DNA from: an uncultured Nitrososphaeraceae archaeon | Lineage (GTDB): Archaea > Thermoproteota > Nitrososphaeria > Nitrososphaerales > Nitrososphaeraceae | Length of the DNA stretch: 61,928 nt | Assembly: GCA_963837175.1 (NCBI GenBank) | Contig: CAWIMJ010000041.1 | Location: 1 to 61,928 of the forward strand | Direction: 5' to 3' | In this document: positions 42,569 to 53,472 of the stretch, piece after piece | Layout: every line of letters begins with the position of its first letter | Position numbering within the stretch: the stretch's first letter is position 1 | Translations under genes and position numbers: made by a program | Notes under the pieces: generated by a model | Databases searched by the model: none | The model's input: the letters and a program-made list of their open reading frames with translations, nothing else | What the model was told of the DNA's origin: nothing

Positions 42569-43401
42569 ACTAATGATTTGATAAAGTTCAATCCCTTCTC
42601 GGTAGAAGTTAATGTATCAGCATCTAAAATTGGCTCAAAGCTGATATACCCGTTATATTTTATATGACGCAAGGATTTGAGAACTAACTCAAAGTCAATA
42701 TGTGCATAACCAGGCATTTTTCTGTTATTATCGGCAAAGTGAGTATGACCTAAGAGATTCGCGGAAGAAAAAATTGCCTTTTCGAGTGAATCTTCTTCTA
42801 TGTTCATATGAAAAGTATCAAGTAATATCCCAAAATTACTGTGATTAACTTGTTTTGCAATAGCAATTGCATCCTTTGCAGTAGTACAATATGGTGTACT
42901 ATACCTATTAAGGGGCTCTAACAGAAGCATTATGTTATAATCTTCAGCAAATCTTGTTAAGTCATAGAGAATAGGAAGTAGTAAATTTTGTATTATCCTT
43001 GTTTTGTTGATGTCAGGTAGAATGATATGATTCCTATCAAATGCTAGTAGGTGATCATCGGCAAATAGGCATAAATTGAGCTCTTTTCCTCCTAATTCAT
43101 GGCATAACTTAATGCACTGCCTTACATATTCTTTTGAATACTTTAAAATACTCTGATTACAGCTGATTAGCTTTCTTTTATTTGCCTCATCGTTACCTAA
43201 TGTTCCCCACATTCCTGTTATGCCGCAAACAGCAATATTGAAGGAGGATAATGTGTCACGAATAGTTCTTATATCTAATTTATCTGGTTCCCCATACATT
43301 TCAACCGCGTCGTAACCATAATATACTAATCTCTCAAGTGTTTCTTCTATCGCTTCAATATTTCGGAAGGAAGAAAGCGTTATAGCATATTTAAAAACCA
43401 T
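42565..43401 (-). CDS. Sugar-phosphate isomerase/epimerase family TIM barrel (xylose isomerase-like)
   Basis: EPLNRY, LDTFHMNIEE, HFADNNRKMPG and YNGYISFE metal-site motifs. Confidence 0.9.
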   Translation of the reverse strand: MVFKYAITLSSFRNIEAIEETLERLVYYGYDAVEMYGEPDKLDIRTIRDTLSSFNIAVCGITGMWGTLGNDEANKRKLISCNQSILKYSKEYVRQCIKLCHELGGKELNLCLFADDHLLAFDRNHIILPDINKTRIIQNLLLPILYDLTRFAEDYNIMLLLEPLNRYSTPYCTTAKDAIAIAKQVNHSNFGILLDTFHMNIEEDSLEKAIFSSANLLGHTHFADNNRKMPGYAHIDFELVLKSLRHIKYNGYISFEPILDADTLTSTEKGLNFIKSLV

Positions 43402-43436
43402 CTGTCACTAGCATCCTTAACAATATTACTAGAAGA

Positions 43437-44771
43437 TCAAGTAACTAAATTGATTAAGTATTTTCCAATATCAACACAGCTCACAATTTCTTTTGATTTC
43501 TCGGAAATGACTGATTTCTGATTTGATATATAGAGTGCTAGTCCTTCTTCCGTAATATGATCGGCGGGTCTTCCATGAGACGCCCTTATTTTATCAGGAT
43601 TGAGGGGGATAGATTTTGTGTTAGGATCAATGAAAAGTTCTGCAGGATCATAGCCTGGTTTGCGATGAATATCGACAGTCTTGGCAAAATTAGGAGCCTT
43701 TGTATCGTCAAACCACCAATAATATGAAAACCAGGCGTCTTTATTAGCTAATGCAATTAGATCGCCACTACGTTCGTGATTAATATTTAATGTCTTCTTA
43801 TCCTCAGCTGAAAGTATTCGCTCTATTCCTTCGATATTTTCAAGTACTCTCTTAGTTTCGGAGGTAGAACCATTATTTATATAGATATGAGCGATCTGAT
43901 GATCGACCATTGCAAATGCTTTGCTAAATTCGAAATCTATATACTCCTTGTCATTTATTGTCCGAACAGAAAGGAGTCCTGCCTCCCTAAGTTTCCTATT
44001 CAATGGTATATGCAATTTAACATCATTGAATCCGTACTCAGAGAATATAATAAATTGTGTATCTTCTTTAATACCCAAATCTATTGTCTTTTGTATTACT
44101 TGTCCTACCAAATTATCTGCTATTTTCAAATCCTCTCTTGCCTCACTACTATTCTTCCCGTATTTTTGAACTGAATAATCAAGATGAGGTATATATGTAA
44201 ACATAAGATCTGGCCTTTCATTTTCCAACGTATCGCATGCTGCCTGTACTATCCAGTTACTTGATTTGTAAGATGCTAATGGACCCCAATAGGTTGCAAG
44301 GTTAAATTCTCCATATTTTTGCTTTATTGTTTCATAATAACCTAATGGTTTAGAATAGCACCACATTATCATCGCATCTTCCATATGCAGAGGTCTTGGA
44401 GTAATCACAATATCGGATTTGCAATACATTGTATTTTGGCCAAATAAGACAGCAGTTTTGATGGAAGAAGTTTTTTGTCGTTTTGCAATGTCCCAGATTC
44501 TCTCAGCTTGAACCAAGGAGCTTGATTGCTCCCAGAAAGAAATGGTATAATTAGCTCTATCATATATACCATTAGATATTATACCGTGCTGATTTGGATA
44601 CTGCCCTGACAGTAGACTTGCTTGAACTGTACATGTGACTGCTGGAAAGACAGGTTCCATTTTATATCTAACTCCTTCATTTGCAAGATTTGCAATATTC
44701 GGAATTGCATTCGAATCTAGATGACTTGATTCTAACCCAACTATATCAAGGAGAATGACGTGTCTTACCAA
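43437..44771 (-). CDS. Alkaline phosphatase superfamily nucleotide pyrophosphatase, EboF-like
   Basis: DIVGL, FPAVTCTVQA, HGIISNG, YIPHLDY, SEYG, AMVDHQIAHIY, DIHRKPGYDPAELF and SHGR motifs. Confidence 0.88.
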   Translation of the reverse strand: MVRHVILLDIVGLESSHLDSNAIPNIANLANEGVRYKMEPVFPAVTCTVQASLLSGQYPNQHGIISNGIYDRANYTISFWEQSSSLVQAERIWDIAKRQKTSSIKTAVLFGQNTMYCKSDIVITPRPLHMEDAMIMWCYSKPLGYYETIKQKYGEFNLATYWGPLASYKSSNWIVQAACDTLENERPDLMFTYIPHLDYSVQKYGKNSSEAREDLKIADNLVGQVIQKTIDLGIKEDTQFIIFSEYGFNDVKLHIPLNRKLREAGLLSVRTINDKEYIDFEFSKAFAMVDHQIAHIYINNGSTSETKRVLENIEGIERILSAEDKKTLNINHERSGDLIALANKDAWFSYYWWFDDTKAPNFAKTVDIHRKPGYDPAELFIDPNTKSIPLNPDKIRASHGRPADHITEEGLALYISNQKSVISEKSKEIVSCVDIGKYLINLVT

Positions 44772-47024
44772 TAACTTTGCTCAATCTTGGTAATAATTAT
44801 CAACATATATAGTTGACTTTTGTAGATCTATACAAAATACGCTTTATAAGTCGTTGTTGATTCCACTTCATCTTGTATCCTTCGAGTAGTGCAACGACTG
44901 GTGGTGGAAGAGGAGGAATGTATGTAGAATATATGATATTTAGTAAATCGAATTGAATCTTGTTTGTTGAGAGATCAACTGATATCGCTGATGACTAGGA
45001 AAAAATGGTAGGTTGCTGCTGTTATTTTCACGTTTATAAGCGTTAGCTGTGTGCATCGGGGTTGAGACATCCTTTAGATTTAGCATGTTTGCACGGCATA
45101 ATAATAATTATTATTTCTACACTAATGACTCTATAATATAAAAGCCGATGCCGATATGGCAACGATTTCGAGTTCTTTAGTTCGTTGGAAAATATTAGCA
45201 AACCTTTCAGTGTCACTTGCTGCTGTGGTGTTAATTTTTTAGCAATAGTCATGAAGATATATTATATAAAAATGTCCGTGATTGAAGTTTCAGTCAGTCA
45301 TTAAGTCTCTTATATCACAATATATTATACAAGGCAAAAATATAGTTGTAATGGTGATTTTGATATGAATCTAGATTTTTAGATATCATATTAATTTGCG
45401 TAGTGAAATAAAAAAATGCAAATATTGTCAAGGTTGGCCTAGTATTACCACTATTGCACTTACAAGAAATATCTAAAAGAAATCATTCCTCCTTTCTTTG
45501 CTGCTGTCCTTGCTTATAGTAACTATCGTAATTTTATCAACCACAAAAAGGAAAATGCTATTAAAAAAATCATTTTGTAAATCAAGAGAATAAAATAATA
45601 TCAATACTACTTAATGAAAAAAGTTCATCTATTAAGAAGAGAAAAGATAAAAATAAAAAAAGTAGTATTATTAACTCTTATCTCGAATGGGACGATCACA
45701 CTGAGGAGAAAAATTACTTATAGAAAACGTAAAGAAATAATTAACTTGCTAGTTGAAGAGACCTTGAAGAGTTTGCATAAATTTGGGTATTTAGGATATT
45801 TTAGAGAAAGGATAAACGATAGCGAAAACCATGCGACGAAGTATTATTCTCTGAAGCTTGGGCAGCTGACCGCAGCAAAAAGGATAGATATTGCAAAGTC
45901 TTAAGTTGTTAAAACCAGATTTCCAAAGGCTATTAATATTACAATACAAAGAGGGAGAACGTTGAGGATAAGAAAAATAAAAAAATAACAAGAAAATGGG
46001 TGCAATGGGCAGCAAGACAAAGAAGATCATTTCCCTAGATTAAAATCTTTGAAAGATTTCATGTAGTTTTTTGAACAGAAAAACAAAAACGCTTAGAATC
46101 CGCGAGTTTATGTGTCATACGGAGGTAAGATAGTAGAACCAACAATTGCATCCTTGGTACTATCAGAGAAACAAAAACTATCTGGCTTATTCTTAGTAGT
46201 GTTTTTCCCGCTCGGGCCGCACGAACAGTTGAAACATTCTCTATATCTGGAAGAATCGTTGGTTTCTGTCATTATTACAGCTCTCGATGTAACAATTTCC
46301 TTCATACTTTGATTGCTTGTGAAATTTAGTTGTTATTTTGCAAACGCTGAAACAGTAATGACTCTATCCATCATTGCTAATGTTAGACTACTACTACAAC
46401 AACAACGAAGATTCTTGTTATCGTCTTTGGTTTGAAGTGTTCTGAGATACTTTGACTAATTAAGAGTTTTTATTCATTTATCATCAGTTTATTAAAGATG
46501 TATAATTAATTGAAATCTGACATCATTATTTAGTATATGCAACCCGCTATTATTTATTTAGATACTCTAAATTGAAATACCTTGCATTAGTAACAATTGG
46601 AAACAGATGATAAGAGAGATAACTGGTCGGTATCAATGATAACAAATTTGGTAACACAGGGTAACGGCTTCAAAGACTTGATTTAATATCAGATTGGTTC
46701 AATAGAGTGATGATGATTTTAACAAGAATACATTTCCCTATGTTTTTGCTAATTTGTAGTCAGACAAAAATTCTTATTAGAAGAAAAGCTGAGCAATATC
46801 AAATCCAAGGGTTAGATAATAGACTTAGGCTTCTCTAACATTCCTAGAATTATTTTTAACTAAATATCGATTGTATTCAAATATTCAAATATTCAAATAC
46901 TATCAAAATATAAATCAAAATCATAACATCTATAGATACTTACATAAAAAATATGCGAATTCTCAATAGACAACTTACTGCACATCTGAAAGTAAATACA
47001 TTCGCAATAACATTAGTGAAATAA

Positions 47025-47855
47025 TTAGTGTAATATACCATAAAGATATTCATATGCTTTTTTTCCAGCTTCTTTTGGATCCAGTTGATAAGGATAAAGT
47101 TCAACCGTTACAAATCCTTCATATCCAATTGTTTCAATTGCTTTGAAAACTGATCTAAAATTAATTGATCCTTCTCCAGGTATTAAGTGATTGTGTATCC
47201 TATTGGCGGCAATATCTGCTAGATGAAAATGTTCAATATATTCAGACAATTCATAAATTAGCTTGGTTGGATCTTCTCCAACGCAATAGAAATGGCCTAT
47301 ATCAAAGTTGAGTTTCACATTATCTGTGCTTAAGTTTTCAATGAAATTCAAGAACTGCTTAGAGTTTTCAATTAAAAGATTTGGTTCTGGTTCTATAAGT
47401 ATTTTTATATTCTCCTCTTCGGCAATTGGCGCTACACAATTCAAACCCTCCAGGAATAATCTTTCCAAATATTTTATGTTTGTTTTTCTTTCACCTAGGG
47501 GTCCTCCTGGTTCTGTTGAAAGATGCTTTACCCCAATCTTTTTTGCCAGCTTTATACAATTAATCGTGTGTAATATACGTAATTCTCTTGATTCCTTATC
47601 ATCTTCAATCCATGATGGATGATAAACATCAGAAATTGAATAAAGCGTAAAGGCGTTTAGATTAGAGACTTCTAGTCTTAATTTTGCAATCTCATCTTGG
47701 AAGCATTTTATTTCTTTGTCTTGAAAAATCGGAGGATAAGCATGTGGAGTATCACACAACAATTCTACACCTTCATATCCTATTTCTGCAATCATCCTTA
47801 CAGCTTCCATCAAAGAATACCTTTTGAATGCGTTAGTACTAAATGCGAGTTTCAT
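47025..47855 (-). CDS. Sugar-phosphate isomerase/epimerase family TIM barrel (ebo-cluster associated type)
   Basis: FSTNAF, EPEPNLLIE, FDIGHFYC, HLADI...HNHLIPGEG and TVELY motifs. Confidence 0.9.
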   Translation of the reverse strand: MKLAFSTNAFKRYSLMEAVRMIAEIGYEGVELLCDTPHAYPPIFQDKEIKCFQDEIAKLRLEVSNLNAFTLYSISDVYHPSWIEDDKESRELRILHTINCIKLAKKIGVKHLSTEPGGPLGERKTNIKYLERLFLEGLNCVAPIAEEENIKILIEPEPNLLIENSKQFLNFIENLSTDNVKLNFDIGHFYCVGEDPTKLIYELSEYIEHFHLADIAANRIHNHLIPGEGSINFRSVFKAIETIGYEGFVTVELYPYQLDPKEAGKKAYEYLYGILH

Positions 47856-47879
47856 TGGTGATGTCTGTCAACCTTAAAG

Positions 47880-48608
47880 TTTCCAAGACATTCAAATACG
47901 TTGTTTAAAGAATTCATAGACATTATACAAAGTCAGATTTGATATCCACATTACTGAATCCTTCGGTTCTTATTTCCCTGGGTACAAATGGTATGCTTAG
48001 CCAAGCAGATACATCCAAATCGTCTGAACAGTTTAGCATGATTTGTTCTGTTTTATAGTTGATCAATAATTTCTCCCGTATCATGATCAATCCTTCCATC
48101 TGTGATAATTTTTTATTATTCTTTTCCCAGCTTATAATTCTTCAACGTTTGTTTCAATCTGATTTATAATAATACATGGGTGTGAATCATTATCAACATA
48201 CTCCTGGTGATGGCGATATTCATCTAATCTATAAGTATCTCTTTTTCCAGATCATTAGTTCAATTGTATCAAACTTCTCCAAAAAATACTAAGATCTCGG
48301 CCTAGATGCCTTCTCATTGACTTGAGTGTCGATTGCCAGTGGTCGAGGCAGGCTTCATTTGGGTTAACTGATATGCAAAAAATCCAAAATTCGAAATAAT
48401 TCATGATTATTGGCCCTCTTTCAAATGTTATCATATTTTCCCAATAATCTGCAAATATTTCAAATGAGGTTCTAAGACTACCAACCAAGAAAGAAGATTG
48501 ACTATGACTTTTATTCCAGCTTTAGACATAGAATTGCAAATGTCACTAGTATCTGAATATACGTGAGAATGGGAAGTATGGGGATCTAACAACCTGCCAC
48601 TTGGTCAT
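47880..48608 (-). pseudogene. Degraded TatD-family hydrolase, EboB-like
   Basis: Fragments in order: DPH/HSHVYS, MSKAGI, SFLVGSLRTS..FADYWENMITFER, CISVNPNEA, MIHT, IDHDT.E, LSIPFVPREIR.EGF; many stops and frameshifts. Confidence 0.75.
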
Positions 48609-48921
48609 TATCTCAAGCTCTTGTTTTTAATCTTCTAATTTATCAAAGAAAATTGTATTATGATGTTGCTCTATAAATACTCAAAACAATTTATCTTCTG
48701 ACGAGGATGATGCTAAATATGGTCAATTGTGAAAGATTTGCATTTGCATTATCGACAAAGAGCAACATGACTAGAAAAAAATAATTTATTTATTGATACA
48801 TAAAAATGCAAACTGATTGGTCATGATGTACATGCAAGATTAATATTTTATACACAACAAGCTAAAACATTCTTGTTAACCATAGTTAAGCATAAAATAT
48901 CAAATAATAGGTTTTGTAATC

Positions 48922-49872
48922 ATGAGAATGAATAGAGAACTGAAAAAGAGCCAGCAACATTTAGATTATGCCTTAGCAGTAGATGTGGCTGGCTTGCATC
49001 TTCGCAATCCAACAATGCTTGCTTCAGGGTTTCTAGGAATTTCCCAGGACATTTTTAACAGGCTTTATCTATCAGGGGCCGGTGCCGTTGTAACTAAATC
49101 CATAAGTATCGAGCCAATTGAGGGATACCGAAATCCTACTGTTGTTTCTCTAGAAAACAGCAGTTATATAAATGCTGTAGGCCTCTCCAATCCAGGAGCC
49201 GACGCGTTTTCAAATGAGATCGCTAATAACAAGGAAGTGCCGATCATAATAAGTCTTGCAGGAAGATCTGATAACGAATTTCCACTTATGTTAAAAACGT
49301 TTAATCATCTCAATATTGTGGGCTACGAAATTAATCTATCTTGTCCGCATGTGGCGAAGATGGGAATGGAAGTAGGTGATGATCCAGAGATGGTTAGTCA
49401 TATCGTAAAAACTATCAAATCAAATACTTCAAAGCCCGTAATAATAAAGTTAGGAGTGGGATCGGCCGATATAATGAAAATCGCAGAGATTGCAGAAGAT
49501 TCAGGAGCGGATGCTATCACTGCGATTAATACTATTCGTGCTATGACAATCGATATTGAAACCGGCATGCCAGTTCTTAGCAACAAAATAGGAGGTCTAT
49601 CAGGCAAATCAATAAAGCACATTGCTATAAGATGTGTCTACGAAATTTCAAAAAATCTTCAAATCCCAGTAATCGGGTGTGGAGGAATTTTTACCTGGCA
49701 AGATGCAATCGAATTTTTGCTTGCTGGAGCATCGGCAGTACAATTGGGCAGCGTTATAGGATATAAGGGATTATTAGCATTTAGAAATATTGCTTATGGT
49801 ATAAATGATTATTTGGAAAAGAAGGGTTTTAAAAAAGTAACCGAGATAGTAGGGCTTGCGCATAGATATTAA
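48922..49872 (+). CDS. pyrD: Dihydroorotate dehydrogenase B, catalytic subunit
   Basis: NPTMLASG, TKS, NAVGLSNPG, EINLSCPH, INT, GGLSG and GCGGI motifs. Confidence 0.95.
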   Translation: MRMNRELKKSQQHLDYALAVDVAGLHLRNPTMLASGFLGISQDIFNRLYLSGAGAVVTKSISIEPIEGYRNPTVVSLENSSYINAVGLSNPGADAFSNEIANNKEVPIIISLAGRSDNEFPLMLKTFNHLNIVGYEINLSCPHVAKMGMEVGDDPEMVSHIVKTIKSNTSKPVIIKLGVGSADIMKIAEIAEDSGADAITAINTIRAMTIDIETGMPVLSNKIGGLSGKSIKHIAIRCVYEISKNLQIPVIGCGGIFTWQDAIEFLLAGASAVQLGSVIGYKGLLAFRNIAYGINDYLEKKGFKKVTEIVGLAHRY

Positions 49873-50687
49873 CAAAATCAGGGTCGTTGTTATTGACCAA
49901 ATTGTACAACAAACTCCTAGTATCAGAACACTTTTTTTCAATGATCGACCTTTGTTATAGGTCTAAACCTGGACAGTTCGTCATGGTTTGGATACCAAGA
50001 GCAGAAGAACTCCCAATGAGTCTCATGTTAGGACATAAGAAAAAATATTCAGCAATCACCATTCGTAAACAGGGATTTGGTTCTACCCAACTTTATAACA
50101 AAGCTAAAGGTGAGATGATTGGAATTCGCGGACCTTACGGTAATCATTTTAAAATTAAAAAAAAATTCAAAAAAGTACTATTAATTGGAGATGGAATGGG
50201 CATTATTCCCTTATTAAAGCTAAGTACAATACTTAATGATTATCGCATAAATACCACTTTAATTATCGGTGCCAAATCCAAACACGAGGTATTATTCGAA
50301 AAACAGGTAAATAATCTTCTTTTCAAAACAATGCACAAAATTATTGTCACTACCGAAGATGGTAGTTATGGAGTACATGGAGAAGTCCCAGATGCCATGA
50401 GAATCATTTTAGAGAGTGAAAAATTTGATAATGTATATACTTGTGGACCTGAATTAATGATGAAAAGGGTTTTTGACATAGCCTCTTCATACTCTTTGCC
50501 TGTTCAAGCACGCCTGGAAAGGTATATGAAATGTGGAATTGGCATATGTGCGAGTTGTTGTATTGGAGAGCAACTTGTATGTAAGGATGGCACCATCTTC
50601 AATGAAAAAGAACTGAGATATATGAATGATTTCGGGCAGATAGTTAGAGATAAATCTGGGCGTAAGACATTTTTACATCAACTTTGA
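49856..50687 (+). CDS. pyrK: Dihydroorotate dehydrogenase electron-transfer subunit, +1 frameshift near 49946
   Basis: KPGQFVMVW, RGPYGN, TEDGS, CGPELM and MKCGIGICASC..VCKDG motifs; the natural N-terminus MRIDINKIRVVVIDQIVQQTPSIRTLFFND lies in another frame from TTG 49856. Confidence 0.9.
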
Positions 50688-51547
50688 TTCATTATTTCCT
50701 CAAATGTCTAATCCTATTGCAAAGATCACAATGTTCAGGGCAAGAATCATGAAGACATATATGTTTCATAGAATTACAATTAAAGCACCAAAGCTGTCTA
50801 GAAGATGGCATTTAATTTAATGATGCATGTAAGTATTTGTACTTATAATAATGGAAAATTTGACCAAGTCTGATTTTATTTTTACCATATATACCCGAAT
50901 AGACAATAACTAAGAGATATTTGATCAATATTATTACTAGTTTATACTAAAATTATTTTCTTTGTAAGTCTTAGCGTTGAAAGAAAATATACTTTATTTA
51001 TAGATTGAAGCCTTATATTTTCTAATTATTTAGAAAGTCTTTAATCTCCGATTGTGCTAGAGAAGTCTCTTTTATATTTTCTATATAGTCTCATTAGCGA
51101 CTTACCTTTAAAGCGTTCAAATCTCCTGGTAATTAGAATCTAATGATGAATAATACTAGATTAGCTTTGAATTTTTCCAAAACAGTGTATATACTTCTCT
51201 TCAATCAATCTGCCAGATTAGAATGGATAACAATATCTTATAAAAGACATTTTTAAATTCATATTAGATCACTTATCAAAGTTCTATGATGTCCTCTTTG
51301 ATAACCTAATACCTTAATATTTTCTTTTCCTAGCGTAACGATTGTGTCAAAATAATGGTGGTGTTTTATGTACTTATACATATTTTTATATAATTTCCTT
51401 AGAACGCCTCGATGACTAAGTAATACTATTTGTCATAGAAAATAAGTGATTATATATCATGCGGTCAAAGTTATAGATCATATCTAAGAAAAAGATGTAA
51501 TCGAGTTGATGAAAGTTTAGATACTTATCAGGAATAGGTAGTAGCAG

Positions 51548-52526
51548 TTAGAATTTATGTTTTGAGATCTTTTTTGCTTTAATAAAATCTACATAATAAA
51601 AAATATATGATCTCTCATTTAATTTCAACATCCATGGTATGAAAGAAACGTTTTTCCGAGTTTTTTCACTTAACTCAAATCCTGAATTTTCTACAAACCT
51701 CCTGAAGCTTTGAGCATCAAAAGTCTGTGTTGGCTTTGGCTCCCTATTAAAATCATATGGGTCTGTTATTATGACATCAGCATGCGGTTTTAATAACCAA
51801 TGTATTGAAGATAATAGTTCATTGGGTTTAACGAGTTCAATGAGATTGAGTGCAAGTATTAAATCAAATTTCATAGCATTAAACGGGCTTTGAAGAGAAT
51901 CTGCTACACAAAACTCAATGTTTCCCTGCTTTAAATTATGCATTCTTTTTCGTGCATCTCGGATAAACGAAAATGATAGATCAATCCCTATCACAAATGC
52001 AAATTTTTTTGCTAGCTGAAAAGTACTATAGCCTAAAGAACAAGCCATGTCAAGCGCTACTCCATCCATTTTTGTATTAACACTATGGATAACACGATTG
52101 TAAAGTTCATTTGGCTTTAACTGCCATCTTAGAGTACAAAGGAGCCTGTCATCTAAAGAATGATTGGTACTGTACCCATCTATATGGAATATACCAAATC
52201 CCATCTTCTTCATACCTATTGTTCGTAATGGAATTGGAAGTAAGTTTACTTCCTATGCCTTTGAGATATGCTTTTATTTCGTTTGTTTTGCTATTTACCA
52301 GCCATTTACCAAACATAGCAGTCCTGCATTCAGCATACTTTGTAAAGTCCTTTACCAGTATTGCAACGCCATCTATTATTGGATAAACTGTTGAGCATTG
52401 CTCGCATTTTAAGAAACCTTCGATACACTCATTCTCACCTTCCATATGAAGAGTTTCCAAAGCAAGATGTATCTGTTTTTCAGTATGATTTAGACAAATC
52501 AAATGGTGAGAGAATTGAGTCTTCAT
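51548..52526 (-). CDS. Class I SAM-dependent methyltransferase with N-terminal Trm112-like domain, +1 frameshift near 52166
   Basis: 5' ORF has LICLNH...[23 protein letters not shown]; 3' ORF has [18 protein letters not shown] and DPY; they join as [12 protein letters not shown]. Confidence 0.82.
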
Positions 52527-53021
52527 AGTTCATCAGTCAACTTTGAGTACTTTATTATAAACTACTATGTAGAATATGTTTATCAATTGCTTTCAGGGCT
52601 TAACTAAGAGAGAAGAGGGATATAAAGATGGTTAGTAGCAGCAATGGTGACAGCAATAATGGTTTAATAAGAAACAATAAAGAAAATGGTCTAATAAAAC
52701 AAATCACAACATCAGCAGAAGGAGTCAGCGATAGAAATCGTTATTATGAATACTATTAGAATGATCATGATAATAAACCAAGAAGTAATGATTATGATAT
52801 TATATTCTTATTTGAAAGAAATTTGCAGAACAACGCAGCCAGCTATTAGAAATTCGTAATATGGTTAGTAAATTCAACAAAAGAGTAATTGAAATGAATA
52901 ATCATCATCTATAACATATAACTTGAACTCTGATATTATCACTTGCTACATCTTAACATTAACTTATTTGTTTCATTGGCTTAAGTTATTCTTATATTCC
53001 ACTTGATTCGATAATTAAATT

Positions 53022-53190
53022 ATGAAGACATTACCTGTCGTGAAGCTGGATGTGAATGGGATTATATTGCTAAAGGATAAACAGAAGAGGAGGTTATGAA
53101 AGATGCTGCACGACATAATATGGAAGAAGAGGATAAGACAGAAGAAGATATGATGCAAATTAGACAAAAGAGCACTTATTTATGATTCTG
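53022..53190 (+). pseudogene. DUF1059 small metal-binding protein pseudogene
   Basis: MKT/TCREAGCEWDYIAKG*TEEEVMKDAARH...; frameshift plus internal stop. Confidence 0.7.
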
Positions 53191-53472
53191 GCACAACTAA
53201 TATATCCACTTATTTGAGATAGCCTGCGGATCCTGGATAAGGGACTACTACTTCTTATGATGCAAGTTAATAAGGATTTATTTACGGTATAATATCGTAG
53301 AGCCCCTTATAATACTGAACTAATCTTAGTAGCCTCCAATCTGCAGTTAGTACCGATAATGAAAATGCCGTAGTTCACAGAGGCTCAGAGATAGCATTTA
53401 ATATATTATATCTGCATCATATTATTCTAGATTCCTTCATCTACATCTGATATATTTAATATCGGATATAAT

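Noticed and set aside
45614-45904. 96-aa basic ORF, possibly a winged-helix fragment
   Set aside because: Low-complexity Lys-rich start, no convincing motif, lies in eroded DNA
46100-46420. Possible decayed secreted CHRD-like gene on the minus strand (VSAFAK*QLNFT...)
   Set aside because: Similarity too faint to support without an alignment
46874-46899. (TATTCAAA)3 tandem repeat
   Set aside because: Short AT-rich slippage repeat without spacers; not CRISPR or iteron-like
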